From Paraspadella gotoi (lineage: Eukaryota > Animalia > Chaetognatha): DNA of 64,000 nucleotides. The position numbers and the translations under genes are program-made. The DNA lies in assembly GCA_051294375.1 (NCBI GenBank), contig JBJCIZ010000239.1:987721-1051720 (forward strand), written 5' to 3'. Below the pieces are notes generated by a model that was not told the origin of the DNA, ran no database searches, and saw only the letters and a program-made list of their open reading frames with translations. Shown piece by piece: positions 24,355-37,219 of the stretch (within the stretch, counting starts at the first letter, position 1; each line of letters begins with the position of its first letter).

Positions 24355-25959
24355 AAGAAGTCGCGAGGAAAAAGAAACAAAAAATTAGGTGCGACGAAAG
24401 ATAGGAGGGAAAAATGAAAGAATCTGAGGAAAAGAAAAAAGAAAAGGAAAAAAAAAAGGATATCAAGAAAAGAAGATTGAATAAGAAAAAAAAGGTAGAT
24501 ATTAAAGGATACAATGAGAGAAAAAAAAGAAAAGAAAAGAAAAGAAAAGAAAAGAAAAGAAAAGAAAAGAAAAGAAAAGAAAAGAAAAGAAAAGAAAAAA
24601 ATAGAAAAGAAAGAAAACTCCGAGACGCGAAACGAAATTCGTGAAGTGGAAACTAGCCGCTGACAGAGCAAAAAAAGTAAGGAAGAGGAAAAGAGAAAAG
24701 AAGGAGAGGGAGGAAAGAAAAGAAAATAAAAGGAGGAAAGGAAAGGAAAAAGAAAACAAAACAAAAGGAGGACAGAAAAGTAAAAGGGAGAAAATAAACG
24801 GAGGAAAGGAAAGGAAAAAGAAAACAAAACAAAAGGAGGAAATGAAAGGAAAAGGAAGAAAATAATGATAACAATGATAAAACCGTTCGTGCAATTAAAC
24901 TAATCTCAAAACGCAAACGAATTCAAGAAATAATACGATATTGGATGAACAGTCCGAAGACTCTACTGCGGAAACGACTAATAGGAAACATGCAAAAACC
25001 ACTGTGGGACGATGCAGGTGTAAGAGATCCGAAACAAACTGTGCGAGGATGAGAGGAAAACGAAAAAAAGAAACACCGGCCAACGAGTTATTATTCTTAA
25101 CGACGAGTTTGGTTGACTGGAGAGACGTCGACAAAAGGAGAGAATGAAGGAAAGAAGGAAAAGGCTGGGGAGTTAATGAAGGCGGGACATTTGGAGAGAA
25201 AATAAAGGGAAAGGAAAGAGATGGGAGGAAAAGGGAATGATGAAAGAATGAGGGAAAGAAAAAGGAAAGGAAAAGAAAAAGGAGAGGAAAGGAAAGGAGA
25301 GGAAAGGAAAAAAAAGAAAGGGGAGGAAAAGTTGATGATGAAAGAATGAAGGAAAGGAAAGGAAAAGGAAAAGGAGAGGAAAGGGAAAGGAGAGGAAGAA
25401 AAAGGAGAGGAAAGAAAAGGAAAGGAAATGAAAAAAAGAGAGGGGAGGAAAAGGGGATAATGGAAGAATGAAGGAAAGGAAATGGAAATGGAAAAGGGAA
25501 AGGAAAGGGAAAGAAAAGGAAAGGGAAATAAAAGGAAAGGGAAAGGAAAGAAAAGGAAAGGAAAGGAAAGGAAAGGAAAGAAAATTGAAAGGAAAGAAAA
25601 GGAAAGGAAAGAAAGAGGAGGAAAAGGGGATGATGGAAGAATGAGGGAAAGGAAAGGAAAGAAAAGTAAAAGGAGAGGAGAGGAGAGGCAAAGAAAGGAA
25701 AGGGAAAGAAAAGGAAAGGGAAAGAAAAGAAAAGAAAAAAAAGAAAAAAAAAGTAATTTTCGTTTCTTCGGAAGAAATCTTGTGGCGCCGGTCTGCGCGG
25801 CGTCGGCGTCAGCGGCTGCGGCGACTGCGGCTGCGGCGTCAGCGGCGACTGCGGCTTCGGCTGCGGCGTCAGCGGCTGCGGCGACTGCGGCCTCGGCCGC
25901 GGTTTCGGCGGCGCCAATCGAATCGGACGGCGTCTGCGATGAAGTCTGGCGTCGTCATC

Positions 25960-25972
25960 GTTGCCTAGCAAC
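25960..25972. promoter_or_regulatory. RFX X-box-like palindrome GTTGCCTAGCAAC
   Basis: Fits the consensus GTNRCC-N(0-3)-RGYAAC and lies beside a GC-rich island. Confidence 0.3.
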
Positions 25973-26479
25973 GATTGCTTGACAAATCAAAAGGCGTTTG
26001 TGGTTTTGTGGGGAGAGGACTCTTAATTAAATATGAGAGTTTCGTCTCCGTGGAACCTTTTGAGGACGCGTGGGCATTCGGAGGGCTTAGAGATATTGAG
26101 GTAACGTCTGTAGAATTTGTGGGTAAAAGAGATAAAATGCGGCGTTCTCGGAAAATATGGTCGAAATAAGTGTCGCAATCTTGAGAGGTTGGTGAACAGT
26201 GTTTAAAAAAAATACATTTCGGCAATAAGTGAAACTAGATATTGTTATTATAAAAGCGTCAGGGTTACGCGACAAAGTCTGAGAAAACAAGACGATTGTA
26301 GTCATTGTCATTGTCATTGTTGTCATTGTCATTGTTGTCATTGCATTTCATGTCATCCGCCTCTCAAACAATGGCACGTTCTGTCATTTCAGTTGTGTTG
26401 AGAGAAAAGTCTGGAGAAGTACAAGACTCTCATGATTAAAGCGAGAGAGAGAGAGAGAGATAGAAGAGGAGAGAGAGAA

Positions 26480-26532
<53 letters not shown>

Positions 26533-26582
26533 CGTGTAGATTAGCGCCTGATCGAAACACACTGCTCAGCGATATGTGTGAG

Positions 26583-26617
<35 letters not shown>

Positions 26618-26695
26618 GAGAGAGAGGAGAAGAGAGAGGGGGAGAGGGGAAGAGGAGGGTGAAAGAGAGAAACGAGAGAAGAGAGAGAGAGAGAG

Positions 26696-26730
<35 letters not shown>

Positions 26731-26739
26731 AGAGATAAA

Positions 26740-26780
<41 letters not shown>

Positions 26781-27894
26781 TAATCTTTCAGCTGCAAAAC
26801 ATGCACACGAAAGCGAGAAAATAATTCACGCTGTTTTATTTTCAGTTAAGCTTCTTGAGACTGTTAACCATCGTCAACAGAATAATTTGGACGCACTATC
26901 ACTTAGATACTTTTGCTTTGACATGACACAACTGTTATCGTAAAGTTAATGTGAGAAATAGTTACTTATATTGAAAGAAAGTTCAAAATAATGACAATAA
27001 TGAAAATTTGGATGAAAGTTCTAACCTTTGAAGGATACAACAAAGCCAAGACGAAACACTTTTTTAGTTTTAGTAAAAAAAACGACGCGAAAAAGATTTA
27101 AAAAAAAACAAAATGGCCGCCCGATCGATTGACTTATCTTTTTTTTCCGTTTTCCTACTTGAATGACTCTCTCCCCTTCACACCTCTCACCTCTCACCCT
27201 TCCATTAACCCTTCCGAGTTGTCACCTTCTCTTTTTTTCTTTCTTTTTTTCTTTTTAAAAAAATTGTTCCCTTTTTTTTGGGGGGGGGGTGGTATTCGGT
27301 TTAAAATCTCTTTGGGTCCGTGGAGCAAATTAATGACCAACAAAGCCGGGGAAAAAAAAGATGAAATAAAACGAAGAAATTCTTTTTTTCTTTCTTCCTT
27401 TTGTTTTTCTTTTTTTTTTCTCTCTCTTAAGCCCCTTAAGTCGGAAAATTCCCTCATTAAAGTCGCAAGAGAAATCGGGTTTGAAGAAAGAAAAATGATG
27501 ATTTATCTTTTCGCAAAATATCAATTTCTTTCTTTTCTTTTCTCATCTTAATGTTCATCATAATCTAAAATTAATATAATTTAATCTTAACCTTAATCTT
27601 TTTTTAATATTTAATCTTGATTTTTTTTTTGAAAACCTTTTGGTTCTGTGAATCTAATTTTGTTCTTTTTGATATTTTGGTTGTTTTTTTTTGTCTCTAG
27701 TTAATACCGACTATTTCGCCAATTTCAATCTTTAATAAAGTATGAAATATTTTCTATTTTTCTTTAATGCACTTTTGTTTCCGTGTTATTTCATTTTTCA
27801 TTGCTGAAACTTTTCATTTTTCCCGGATAATTAAATAATAACGCTTTTAAAACCCTCATGTGTCAAACCCTTAATGATTGACAATCAAACGATT

Positions 27895-28115
27895 TCTTAT
27901 TGGCTGAACAACTAATACTGATAGTCGGTTTCTGATTGTCAAACTGAACTATGATTGGCCTTCAAAGGAAACTCTGATTGGGCGTCAAACGGAATTCTGA
28001 TTGGCTGTCGAAATCTCGCGACTTTGACATCAACGATTTTCTTCCAAAAAAAATTCTTCGGCTTCGTTCGCTTTTTTATCTCGACGAAATTTCCTTCCAT
28101 CTCATTTGCATATCG
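27895..28115. promoter_or_regulatory. Cluster of reverse CCAAT boxes with TCTCGCGA and octamer motifs
   Basis: ATTGG at 27899, 27954, 27977 and 28000 (last three at 23 bp spacing), tctcgcga at about 28014, and ATTTGCAT at about 28104. Confidence 0.3.
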
Positions 28116-29159
28116 CGGTTTGAGAAAAAAAAAACGATTTTTAGGAAATGTTTCTTGTGAAAANNNNNNNNNNNNNNNNNNNNNNNNNNNNNNNNNNNNN
28201 NNNNNNNNNNNNNNNNNNNNNNNNNNNNNNNNNNNNNNNNNNNNNNNNNNNNNNNNNNNNNNNNNNNNNNNNNNNNNNNNNNNNNNNNNNNNNNNNNNNN
28301 NNNNNNNNNNNNNNNNNNNNNNNNNNNNNNNNNNNNNNNNNNNNNNNNNNNNNNNNNNNNNNNNNNNNNNNNNNNNNNNNNNNNNNNNNNNNNNNNNNNN
28401 NNNNNNNNNNNNNNNNNNNNNNNNNNNNNCTGCTTTTGCTTGGGTCGGTCGGTCGTAAGGGTTTGATCGTTCTTGTGCCCCTGTCTTCAGCTGTCTTTCT
28501 CTTTCTTCTCTCGATCTTTCTATTTTTCTTTCTTTTCCCTCTTTCGCGGATCTTTATTTTTCTCTTTATATTTCTTTTACTATCTTTCCTTTTTCGCTTT
28601 CTCTCTTTATTTATTTTCTTTCGATCTTTTCTTTATTTTCACTCTCTAATTTTTTTTCATCTTTTTCCTTTTGTCCCTTTTTACTTTCTTTTTTTGTATC
28701 TTTTCATCTTTAACTGCGCCCACTGGTCCCTCTCTCGTTAGCGTCTCTCTTCTTCCTCCGGTTTTTCAGGGAATTCACGTCCTTTTTTTTTTATTGTGGC
28801 CACCGTGGGAGGCGTTTGTTTCGTTTGGGAGGAAAGGGAAGCAAGAGAAGAAAAGAAAAGAAAAGAAAAGAAAGAAAAAAAGAAAAGAAAAGAAAAGAAA
28901 AGAAATACTTTGTTGTTCATAATCATAGTGAGATACATTTTGTTGGCTAACAAGAGAAGACAAAGAAAGCAGAAAAATTTTGATCTTTCAATCCAATTTG
29001 CATAAAACAGCTGGGAAAATTTGTTATTATCTTGTAAAACCTAAATTAAACTCATATTCTGTTTTGACATAAAACGTGATGACAAATTTAACCGATTCTC
29101 TGTCATCACACTTAGTGTACGACGTCATATTTGGCAAAACGAAATTCCCCATTGCATCA

Positions 29160-29366
29160 AAATCTTGTCTTTTATTCGTTAAAGTTTTAGGATTTCCTGA
29201 AGGCGGCGCAAGCAGTCACTTAGATCTGAGGTTTTTATCTGTCTTCACAAATGAGCAAAAAACTATCGGCGAATTATGTGAATTTTTAACTTAAGTGAGA
29301 CAGACCCACGGACAGACATACAGACAGACCGACCGACAGACCGACCGAAAAGTGACTTATAGAGTT
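29160..29366 (-). mobile_element. HINE-like element copy lacking the terminal hairpin
   Basis: cctgaaggcggcgcaagcagtcacttagat ... gacagaccgaccgacagaccgaccgaaaagtgacttatagagtt. Confidence 0.6.
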
Positions 29367-29908
29367 TCATGATAAATTTGTCGATTTTACTCAGGAGAAG
29401 AAAATATGATCTGCTCCTATGTTTGTGAATTATAAATTATTAGACATTGACGAAGTTGAGATAGGATTGAGTGTTATTTTCGTTATTTTATTGTAAATTA
29501 TGAGACATTCATTAGTCTAGTGAGTAGTTTTTTTTTATCATTTTGTTACTTAGATTCAGGCATTTAAAAAAGAATCATTGATGAATTTTACATCTTCTCT
29601 ATTTACCTATCTTTCTAACCTATCTATCCCTTCTCTCGAACCTTTCTTTCTCATCGCAGCCAAAATGACAGAGGATCTTCTGGCGCCTTCCTGGTTTTTC
29701 TGCGTCGTTGATCTTNNNNNNNNNNTGCGTGCGCAACGTGTCAACGTGCGCCTTCCGTCTGTTTGTTGCGAAGAAGGTGTCGGAAGCTTAGCGCCCTTTT
29801 TCTTTGTCTCGCTCTCACGCGTTGCTTGCTTGGTTATTTTTCTTTTCTTCCTTCTTTCTTTCTTTCTGTCTTTCTGTTTTTCTATCTATCTTTCTTTCTT
29901 TCTTTCGT

Positions 29909-29996
<88 letters not shown>

Positions 29997-31939
29997 TTGG
30001 TTCTCTCTCTCTCTTTCTGTCTCTCTCATTTTTTCTTGCATTTTTTAGCTTGTTCATTTGCAATTTACTGCAATTTTAGTACCTCGACGCAGACCCTTAG
30101 AGCCTCGAATAAACGACCTTACGGCAGCTTTATTCGATTTCCTCTCTCCTTTCCTCTCTCTCTTTCTCCCTTTACCCTCTCTCCTTTCCTATATCTTACT
30201 TTTTTTACACTCTCGTCTTTCCTCTCTCTCTTTCTCCCTTTTACACTCTCTCTTTTCCTGTCTCTGGCTCCCTTTACCCTCTTTTCTTGACTTTCTCCTT
30301 TTACCTTTCTTCTTTTCTCCCCTCTCTTTCTATATCTCTTTCCCTCCTTCCTTTTCTTTCTCTAAATCTCCTTTCTCCTCTCTTAATTCTCTCCCTTTTC
30401 TCCTCTACCTTTCGTCCGTCTCCTTACAAGTCTTTCTTCCTCTTTCTTTCCCCTCTTTCTCCCCCCCCTTCCCAAATATGTCTCGTCGTTGTTGCTTGTT
30501 GCTTCTTTTTATCTGTCTGTTCGTCTCGTCGGATCGTGTCGCGTCTTAATCTCGCTGATTACACTTTTTTTTTGCTTCGTCTTTTTCTTTTGTTTTTTTT
30601 TCCGAAGCGAAGGAAGACGGTCCGATGAGGCATCTCGTGGGCCGTGTGACAAAGTTGCTCGTTTTGTCGAAGGCAGTCTTATGTTTGGTCTTGGTCGGAT
30701 CTAAGAAAAAAGAAAGCGAGAAAGAGATACTTAAAAAAAAAAGAATTTGCCTTCGAAATCACCTTAAAAGTTAATTCCACGGTGAAATTTGGTAAACAAC
30801 GAAATCCCCTAATTTTGTGGAACATCACTTGGTCCGCGAGCGCCGTTGCCCCTAGATCTCCCGATCACCTGGTGCTCTAGCCTCGGTCCCCCTGCGTTTC
30901 ATGATTGCCCTCATTATGTCCTCTTTACTTCTTCATCACTGCGGTCATTTGTCGTCCTCCATCCTGCAATTCTGGGGGCCTTCATACAACTATTGTGCGC
31001 GAGTCTCCACCTGCCGTCGCTTAAAAAAAACCGAGCGCGTCAAATTTCGTTTTTATCGAATCGTATTTTCGCGAACCGGTCCTCATCTTATCTAAAATCT
31101 CTCTTCGTCATCATATCACTCCTCCTCTCATTCTTCTCACTCGTATCTTGTTTCTTTCGTCTGTCTGAACTGAATAAAATGTTAAGTCCGTGTTGTATGG
31201 AAGTCGCTCGGGATTTGTAGCTGACATGAAAGAGAAGAAGTTTTAAAGTCACACAAATGGAAAGTAAAATTAGCAAAAAAAAAAAAAAAAAAAAAAAAAG
31301 TCGAAACTTGAAACGTGCCAAAGAAAAATTGGATGAAAATCGTTTTTTTTTTTTTAAAATTCCGGTAAAACTCCCTGCGTTGGGAAAGGAGGGGGAGAAA
31401 GAGGAACGCAAGAGGGAAGAAAAGTACTTTACAGGTATGACGTGTGGACGAACAAGGTTTTAGATAGGTAGGAAAGGGAGACGATTGTTAAGAGGATGGT
31501 AAAGGAGTGATTTAGTCGAAAAGAAAGGAAGAGGTCGAAGAGATGATCAATGACAAAAGAGAGGGAGAAAAAGAAGAAAAGGTAAAAAGGAGAAGTGTTA
31601 ACGAAAGAGGCGTAAAGGGAAGCCAGAGAACCCAGGAAAAGACGAGAGATTGTTAAGAAGGGTACGACAAAGAAAATAGAGAGAGAGCACTAGTACAGAA
31701 GTTGTAAAAAGTAAGATTTACCCTCTAAAAACAAAGAAGAGTTATAAAGACCAAAGGAATTTCCCAGCCACACGAGAGTGGGAAAGTATAACAGTTTAGG
31801 CGCGATCAGCGTAGTTTTAATTGTATGTTTGTTTTGTTTTAATTTGTGTACTCTTAATGGAATCAATCATTTAAAAATGGACCAAAAATAAAGTAAAAAA
31901 TAGCGTGACGACAGTTCATCGCTCAGATTAATAGATATG

Positions 31940-34900
31940 GATGGAGAGTTGCCTCGCTTACTTTGCTTTTTCTAGTTGCGAGCTCGCGGATGTAAACGAG
32001 TCGTCCGCGGTAGGAACTCAAGTGATACACTTTCGATATCGTGGTCTCTGTCGGTTCTGTACCCTTACTTAGGTTAAAGAAGCCCATAACTCGCTATTGT
32101 TTTGCTTCATTATTGTTATGACAGAAAAAACCCTCAAATCTAAGTGTCTGCTAGCGCCGCCTTCAGGATAATTTATAAGAGGACTAATAAGAATAAAAGA
32201 TCTAGATATTAAGAGAATTCAACTGTCGGCTGTCAACTACACACTCTGAGAGACGTTCACTGGTATTTGCTTCTCTCTTCTTTTCTTTCTTCTTTTTTCG
32301 TTCTTTATCATTCTTTCTATTCTTTCTTTCTTACTTTATTTCATTTCGCTGTATTCTTTTTTCATTTGTTTTTGTTCACAACTCTCTCTCTCTTCTCTCC
32401 ATTCTCGATCGTCGATCGGTCTTACTGAAAATTGGCTCACTACGTCTCTTCACAATCTCTCATTCGCATCAATCTTCTGCACACATTATGTCAATACGTA
32501 TTCACAGAGAAGGATTTCTTAATTGTCATCCATGCATGCCGAATATTTCCCCGAGGAAGAAGACATATGAACTTAATGAATCTATAATTCAGAGAATCTT
32601 AATGAATCTTAATTCAGAAGCTCTTATATCAACTATTCGAGAGAAATAAAAAGAAGCAGAGAAAAGAAGAGAATAAAAAAGAAATAGAGAGCAGAGGAAT
32701 GGATAGAGAGTAAATGAGAGAGGATAGAATAGAATAGAGAGGGAGCGAGGATGGAGAAGAAGTAGTGAAGTAAAGAATATATAGGCCATCAACACACGAA
32801 AAAGAAGAACAAACAAACAAACACTTGTAAAAATTATGAAAGGTTATAGATCGACGATTTCTCATTTCTGAATAACATACGAGTTAATGAAAAAGAGCCA
32901 GCTTAAATCAAAAGCGGATACAAGGAGAACAAAAAATAAGCGAAATAGAAAACAAGGTATACGAACGAAGAAACGACGTAAAGATTATATATTTTAGTAA
33001 TTATATAAATGAAAGCAACGAATAATCTCTCGAATATGAGGTTCGAATGAACAAGTTAGACAATTATATACTGATATGCAATGAAAGAAATGAGAAAAAA
33101 CGTATGATGATCGATTATCTTATTGAACCAGTAAAAATAAATGTTTTGAGAAGAACATTATTTTCACATGAAAGAATATAGTTATCTAGTCGAGTAATTT
33201 AGTTATTATTATTTAATATGTAATACAGTTTTTAACAAAATAGAGAGATATCAGTTTCTAATAACAGATAAAGTGCACACAGAGTGTCGTTTCAAAAACC
33301 AGAAACATATATAGTTCTACTTCGTTATTTTTAACTTTGAATCCGAGTTTTAAAACACATGAAAATCTTCAAATGTGTCCACTAGCCAACTCAACAGTTC
33401 TAATAAAACATGCGAACGCTAGAGATATGAGGAAAACACCGACCATCATAATGTTCATAAAGGAAAAAGACAGCGTCATACACCTATTCATGCAGCATAG
33501 AAAAAAAACATCGGAGCAGAAAAATGACAGCGTCGGATGCGTAACATCTAGCAATACATGAACATACACCAAAGAGCGCGTTATCGTTTGGAGCCCCGCA
33601 GCACAGCAGCAGAGAGAGAGAGAGGAGAGAGACGGAAGAAGAGCAGACTAGAGAGAGAGAGAAGAGAGGAGAGAGAGAGAGAGAGAGAGAAGGAGCAGCA
33701 GAGTGATCCTAGTGGACGCATAGAACGATGAGGAAGAGTTTCTCCGGGTGTTTTTTCTCGCGTCTCGAAAAGGCGAATAAACTCGACCCGGAGAATAACC
33801 GATGTCTTCTGGGGCGACTCTTTTTCATATGTGCTCATTTTGTTGGCGTGCGCGCTGCGATCCTGCAACGTTGCCCGTGCGGGTTAGAGTGCCAGACTGG
33901 CTCGTGCGAAGTGTGCAGGCGGATGTAACGCTTGTTTGCTGTGGAACCCTCGAGCACATCGCAGGAGTTTCGAGCTAAAGGAGGCCGCGATGCGACTCCA
34001 AATGTGTAGTACAGCAGCGCCGGTATCGTGCGGATCACGTGCGGTAACCCGCGGACTTGCGGCGAATCCGGCGTCGGGCAGCGGGTCGGCAAACTGAGGC
34101 GTTGTCTGCAGCCGGCTGGGGAGACGTGCAGCTGCGGCGGAAGCGGCTGCGGCGCGCGCTAAACGTGTGTATGGTTCGGAATCCCAAACACGATATCCGC
34201 CTTTGTGTCCCTTTTTTTTTTATTGTTTTTTTGTTTTTGTTGCATCAAGATAACCCCATGCTGAAGGAGAGAGAGGCGACAGGCAAGGGAGTCCGAAGGG
34301 TCGGGGCGTGTGATTTTGACGGAAAAGTTTCTTTGGCGGGCATTCTGTGCGGGCATTTCTGTGCGGTGGCAATTCTGTGCGGCAATTCCTAGTGCGGGTC
34401 CAGGAGCGAAGGGCAATATCTGCTGTGGCGGCTGCCGACGTCTGCCACGGCAATTCTGTGCGGGCAATCTGATGCCTGGCAATTCTGTGCGGCCAGAGAG
34501 GAAGCAAATCCCTCAGGCGAGGCACAATTCTTGAGGCGACTGTCCTTGATAAACCGAGTATTGAAAAGATCAGAGTAACGAGGTTTGGTGATGGTGAAGT
34601 ATAGAGAGTGAAAGATTCGAGAAAATGAAGGACTATTGTATATAGTTTTAGTAATTTTATAATTATGAGTTATAACGTAAGATATATACTACATAAAACG
34701 GGATAAATATTTATTAGGGAGGCTTTCCAAATCCAACGTAAATAGTTTGTTAAATTTAGTGAGGAAATATAGTTGAATATTATAAAAGGTTTAGTAATCT
34801 AGCTTGAATAGGTAAATTGCAACTAGGATATTTTGTTGAATTGTGTCGTCAAGCACTTTTAGCAGAATGATGATGTCCGTAGATATGGTACGCGAGGGGA

Positions 34901-35187
34901 GTACGTAGATGTAGTGCGATTAGTGTGTGGAGTTGAGAGCACGAAACAGGTAGGGGAGATGAATCTGGTCGAACGTTAAATGGACACAGAGTAAACACAC
35001 ATTTTCAAGGGAAAGTAAGCGAGATATACAATGCAGAAAATAGGGAAAAGACGACCAAAGGTAAGAAGGAAAAAATAGTTTCAGAGAAAGGGAGAGAATG
35101 AAGGAAAGAGAAAGTCACTAATAGACAGATGACGAACCACAACATATCAGAATTTCTGGAAATATTTGAATCCAGTCTCATGGTGCA
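31940..35187 (+). repeat. Insertion-rich direct copy of about 21045-24290, without the fold-back
   Basis: Colinear matches include the HINE copy (31968-32200), atcagtttctaataacag (about 33250), aactttgaatccgagtttt, ggaggccgcgatgc and ctggaaatatttgaatccagtctcatggtgca (35157-35187). Differences are mostly 1-2 nt insertions. Confidence 0.85.
34335..34540 (+). repeat. ~15 bp minisatellite (gGGCAATTCTGTGCG)n
   Basis: Repeated ggcaattctgtgcg. It also occurs at 23845-23890 and inverted at 22810-22870. Confidence 0.75.
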
Positions 35188-37219
35188 ATATAACATATCA
35201 GAGCATTTGTTGATCCATTTACACCTATTATTGTCCATACATATATGAGATGTCAAAGTATCCGTTGACAGAGACGCGGGCTCGGAGTATTGTCACATTA
35301 TCACGTTGGCTCTTGTTCGTCATGCGCTTCGTCGTCGTCTTTGGCGTTATATATAACTAGTTGGTCGACCCATTGGATGTCAGATCACATTGACATAAAA
35401 TAATTGTCACCATACGTCCGTTGTCCTTACCTCCTCCTTTCTCCCTCACTCTTCACCTTCCTCTGTCCTCCTCACTCTTCCTTCTCGAGCTCTTGACCCG
35501 ACGCAGAGCGCAGTTTGATGTGCTCTGGAATTCCACAAGGAGACGAAGCGAGACCGAAGGTTCTCTATCGAAGTGCGAACGCATTTCTGATTCTTTAAAT
35601 CAATATTCCATAACAGGCTAAGGTATCTGATTCTTAACTAATGATTTGATTCTCTTAATATTGTTGTCAAACCGGACTCGATAACTTTTAAGACACCTAA
35701 TCGCATAAGTTGTAACGAACCAACGACACGCAGACGTATATTCCATTAAATGTCTTGAACCATAAAAAACCCAATTCCGACGACATAGACTTAGTACGGG
35801 AGAGTAAATAACGAACGAACGATGAACGGTAAACAGGATGCACACGAAGAGACAAGAACCGACAAGATCGAGAGAGACGTCCGGCGAAGTGGTAAAATAG
35901 GAACTAAATTAGAGGGTGCGAAGATGGCGGCTTCTCGATTCTTCGAAACCGAAAGATTACTCTTGAGGAAGGCACAATGATATAATATAAAATAATTTGA
36001 AGAATATCTCTCTTCTCTCTGAGTATCTCATCTTAATCTAAGTCTATCTGAAAAAAAGAATCTATCAAGCGCAAAAAAATAAATATAACATAAAAAAAAA
36101 AAAAAAAAGCTTATACAAATCAAACGAAGATTGGAGATAATCGAAAAAAAAACGAGGTAAGATATATACTTTATGGCTTCACTAGTGAGAACGATCATCT
36201 ATTTTTACTGAAGTGCTTGGCTTTTTTCTTATAAATCTCATCGTTGGAATGAAGACACAAAAGCAAATTGAAAGAAGAGAGTCGAACAGCTAGATAAGAA
36301 TAACCTCATTTCATGCTAAAACGTTCTAAACCTATGGAACATGCGTTAATATAAACCTATCTAATCTCATTGAACTGCTTCCTTTCCTCTTCTCTTTCTT
36401 CTCTCTCATATTAACAGATAACATAGAGAAACAAATAAGAAATAAAAGCAAAATACTAAAGAAAGAATAGAAAACGAATAAGTAGTTCACCAAATAGTAC
36501 GTAAAAAGGTACGTCTTATACTCTCCACCTCTCTCTCTTTCCTTCCCTTCTCTCCTCTCCCTAAATATGACACATACAACTGTCTCCGCCTTCTTGCTTT
36601 CTTTGACTAAACGTTCAAATCATTAACTCTCCGAGTTTTAATCTACCAGTGGTCCAGTCCTTCCAGCCGAATAATCCGTGAAAACATCCTAATAATGTGC
36701 CACTAGCGTCTGCTTTTTCATCGCATTTTTTATCGCCTCCTTCCTTGCCACATATTTCTGTCCACGATTACTACTCTCTTTCCTCTACCTTTTTAGTACG
36801 ATCAACTTCTCGTCTCTCCTCTCTCTCCTCTCTATCTCTTCTCTCTTGCCCTCTGCTCTCTTCCTCATCTCCTCTCTCTCTCTCTCTCCCATCACTTTCT
36901 CTTTTATCACTCCTTCCACTCCCGCTCTTCTCCTCTATCTCTATGTCGGCTCGCTTTAATTCTATTTTACGCACTCAGTTTGAACATCAGTTTAGATAGA
37001 TTAGTTAGATTCTTTTTTCTTGACTGATTCTTCTTCTTCTTCTCCGTTTTCTCCTTCTCCGCCTCCCTCTCCCCTTCTCATCTCTCTCTCTCTTCTCCTC
37101 CCCCTCTCTTCTCTCTTCCGTCCTCATCTCTCATCACTTCCTCTCTCTCTCTCCCTCTCCTCATCTCTCTCCTCCGCTCCATCAGCCCCGCGCGTGTTCA
37201 GTCCTCTCGACGGCGAAAA

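Noticed and set aside
24200-25770. Long Phe/Ser/Leu- or Lys/Arg/Glu-rich ORFs (also at 700-1280, 26578-26943, 29578-30630 and 45814-46578)
   Set aside because: They are translations of purine/pyrimidine microsatellites, which lack stop codons by composition.
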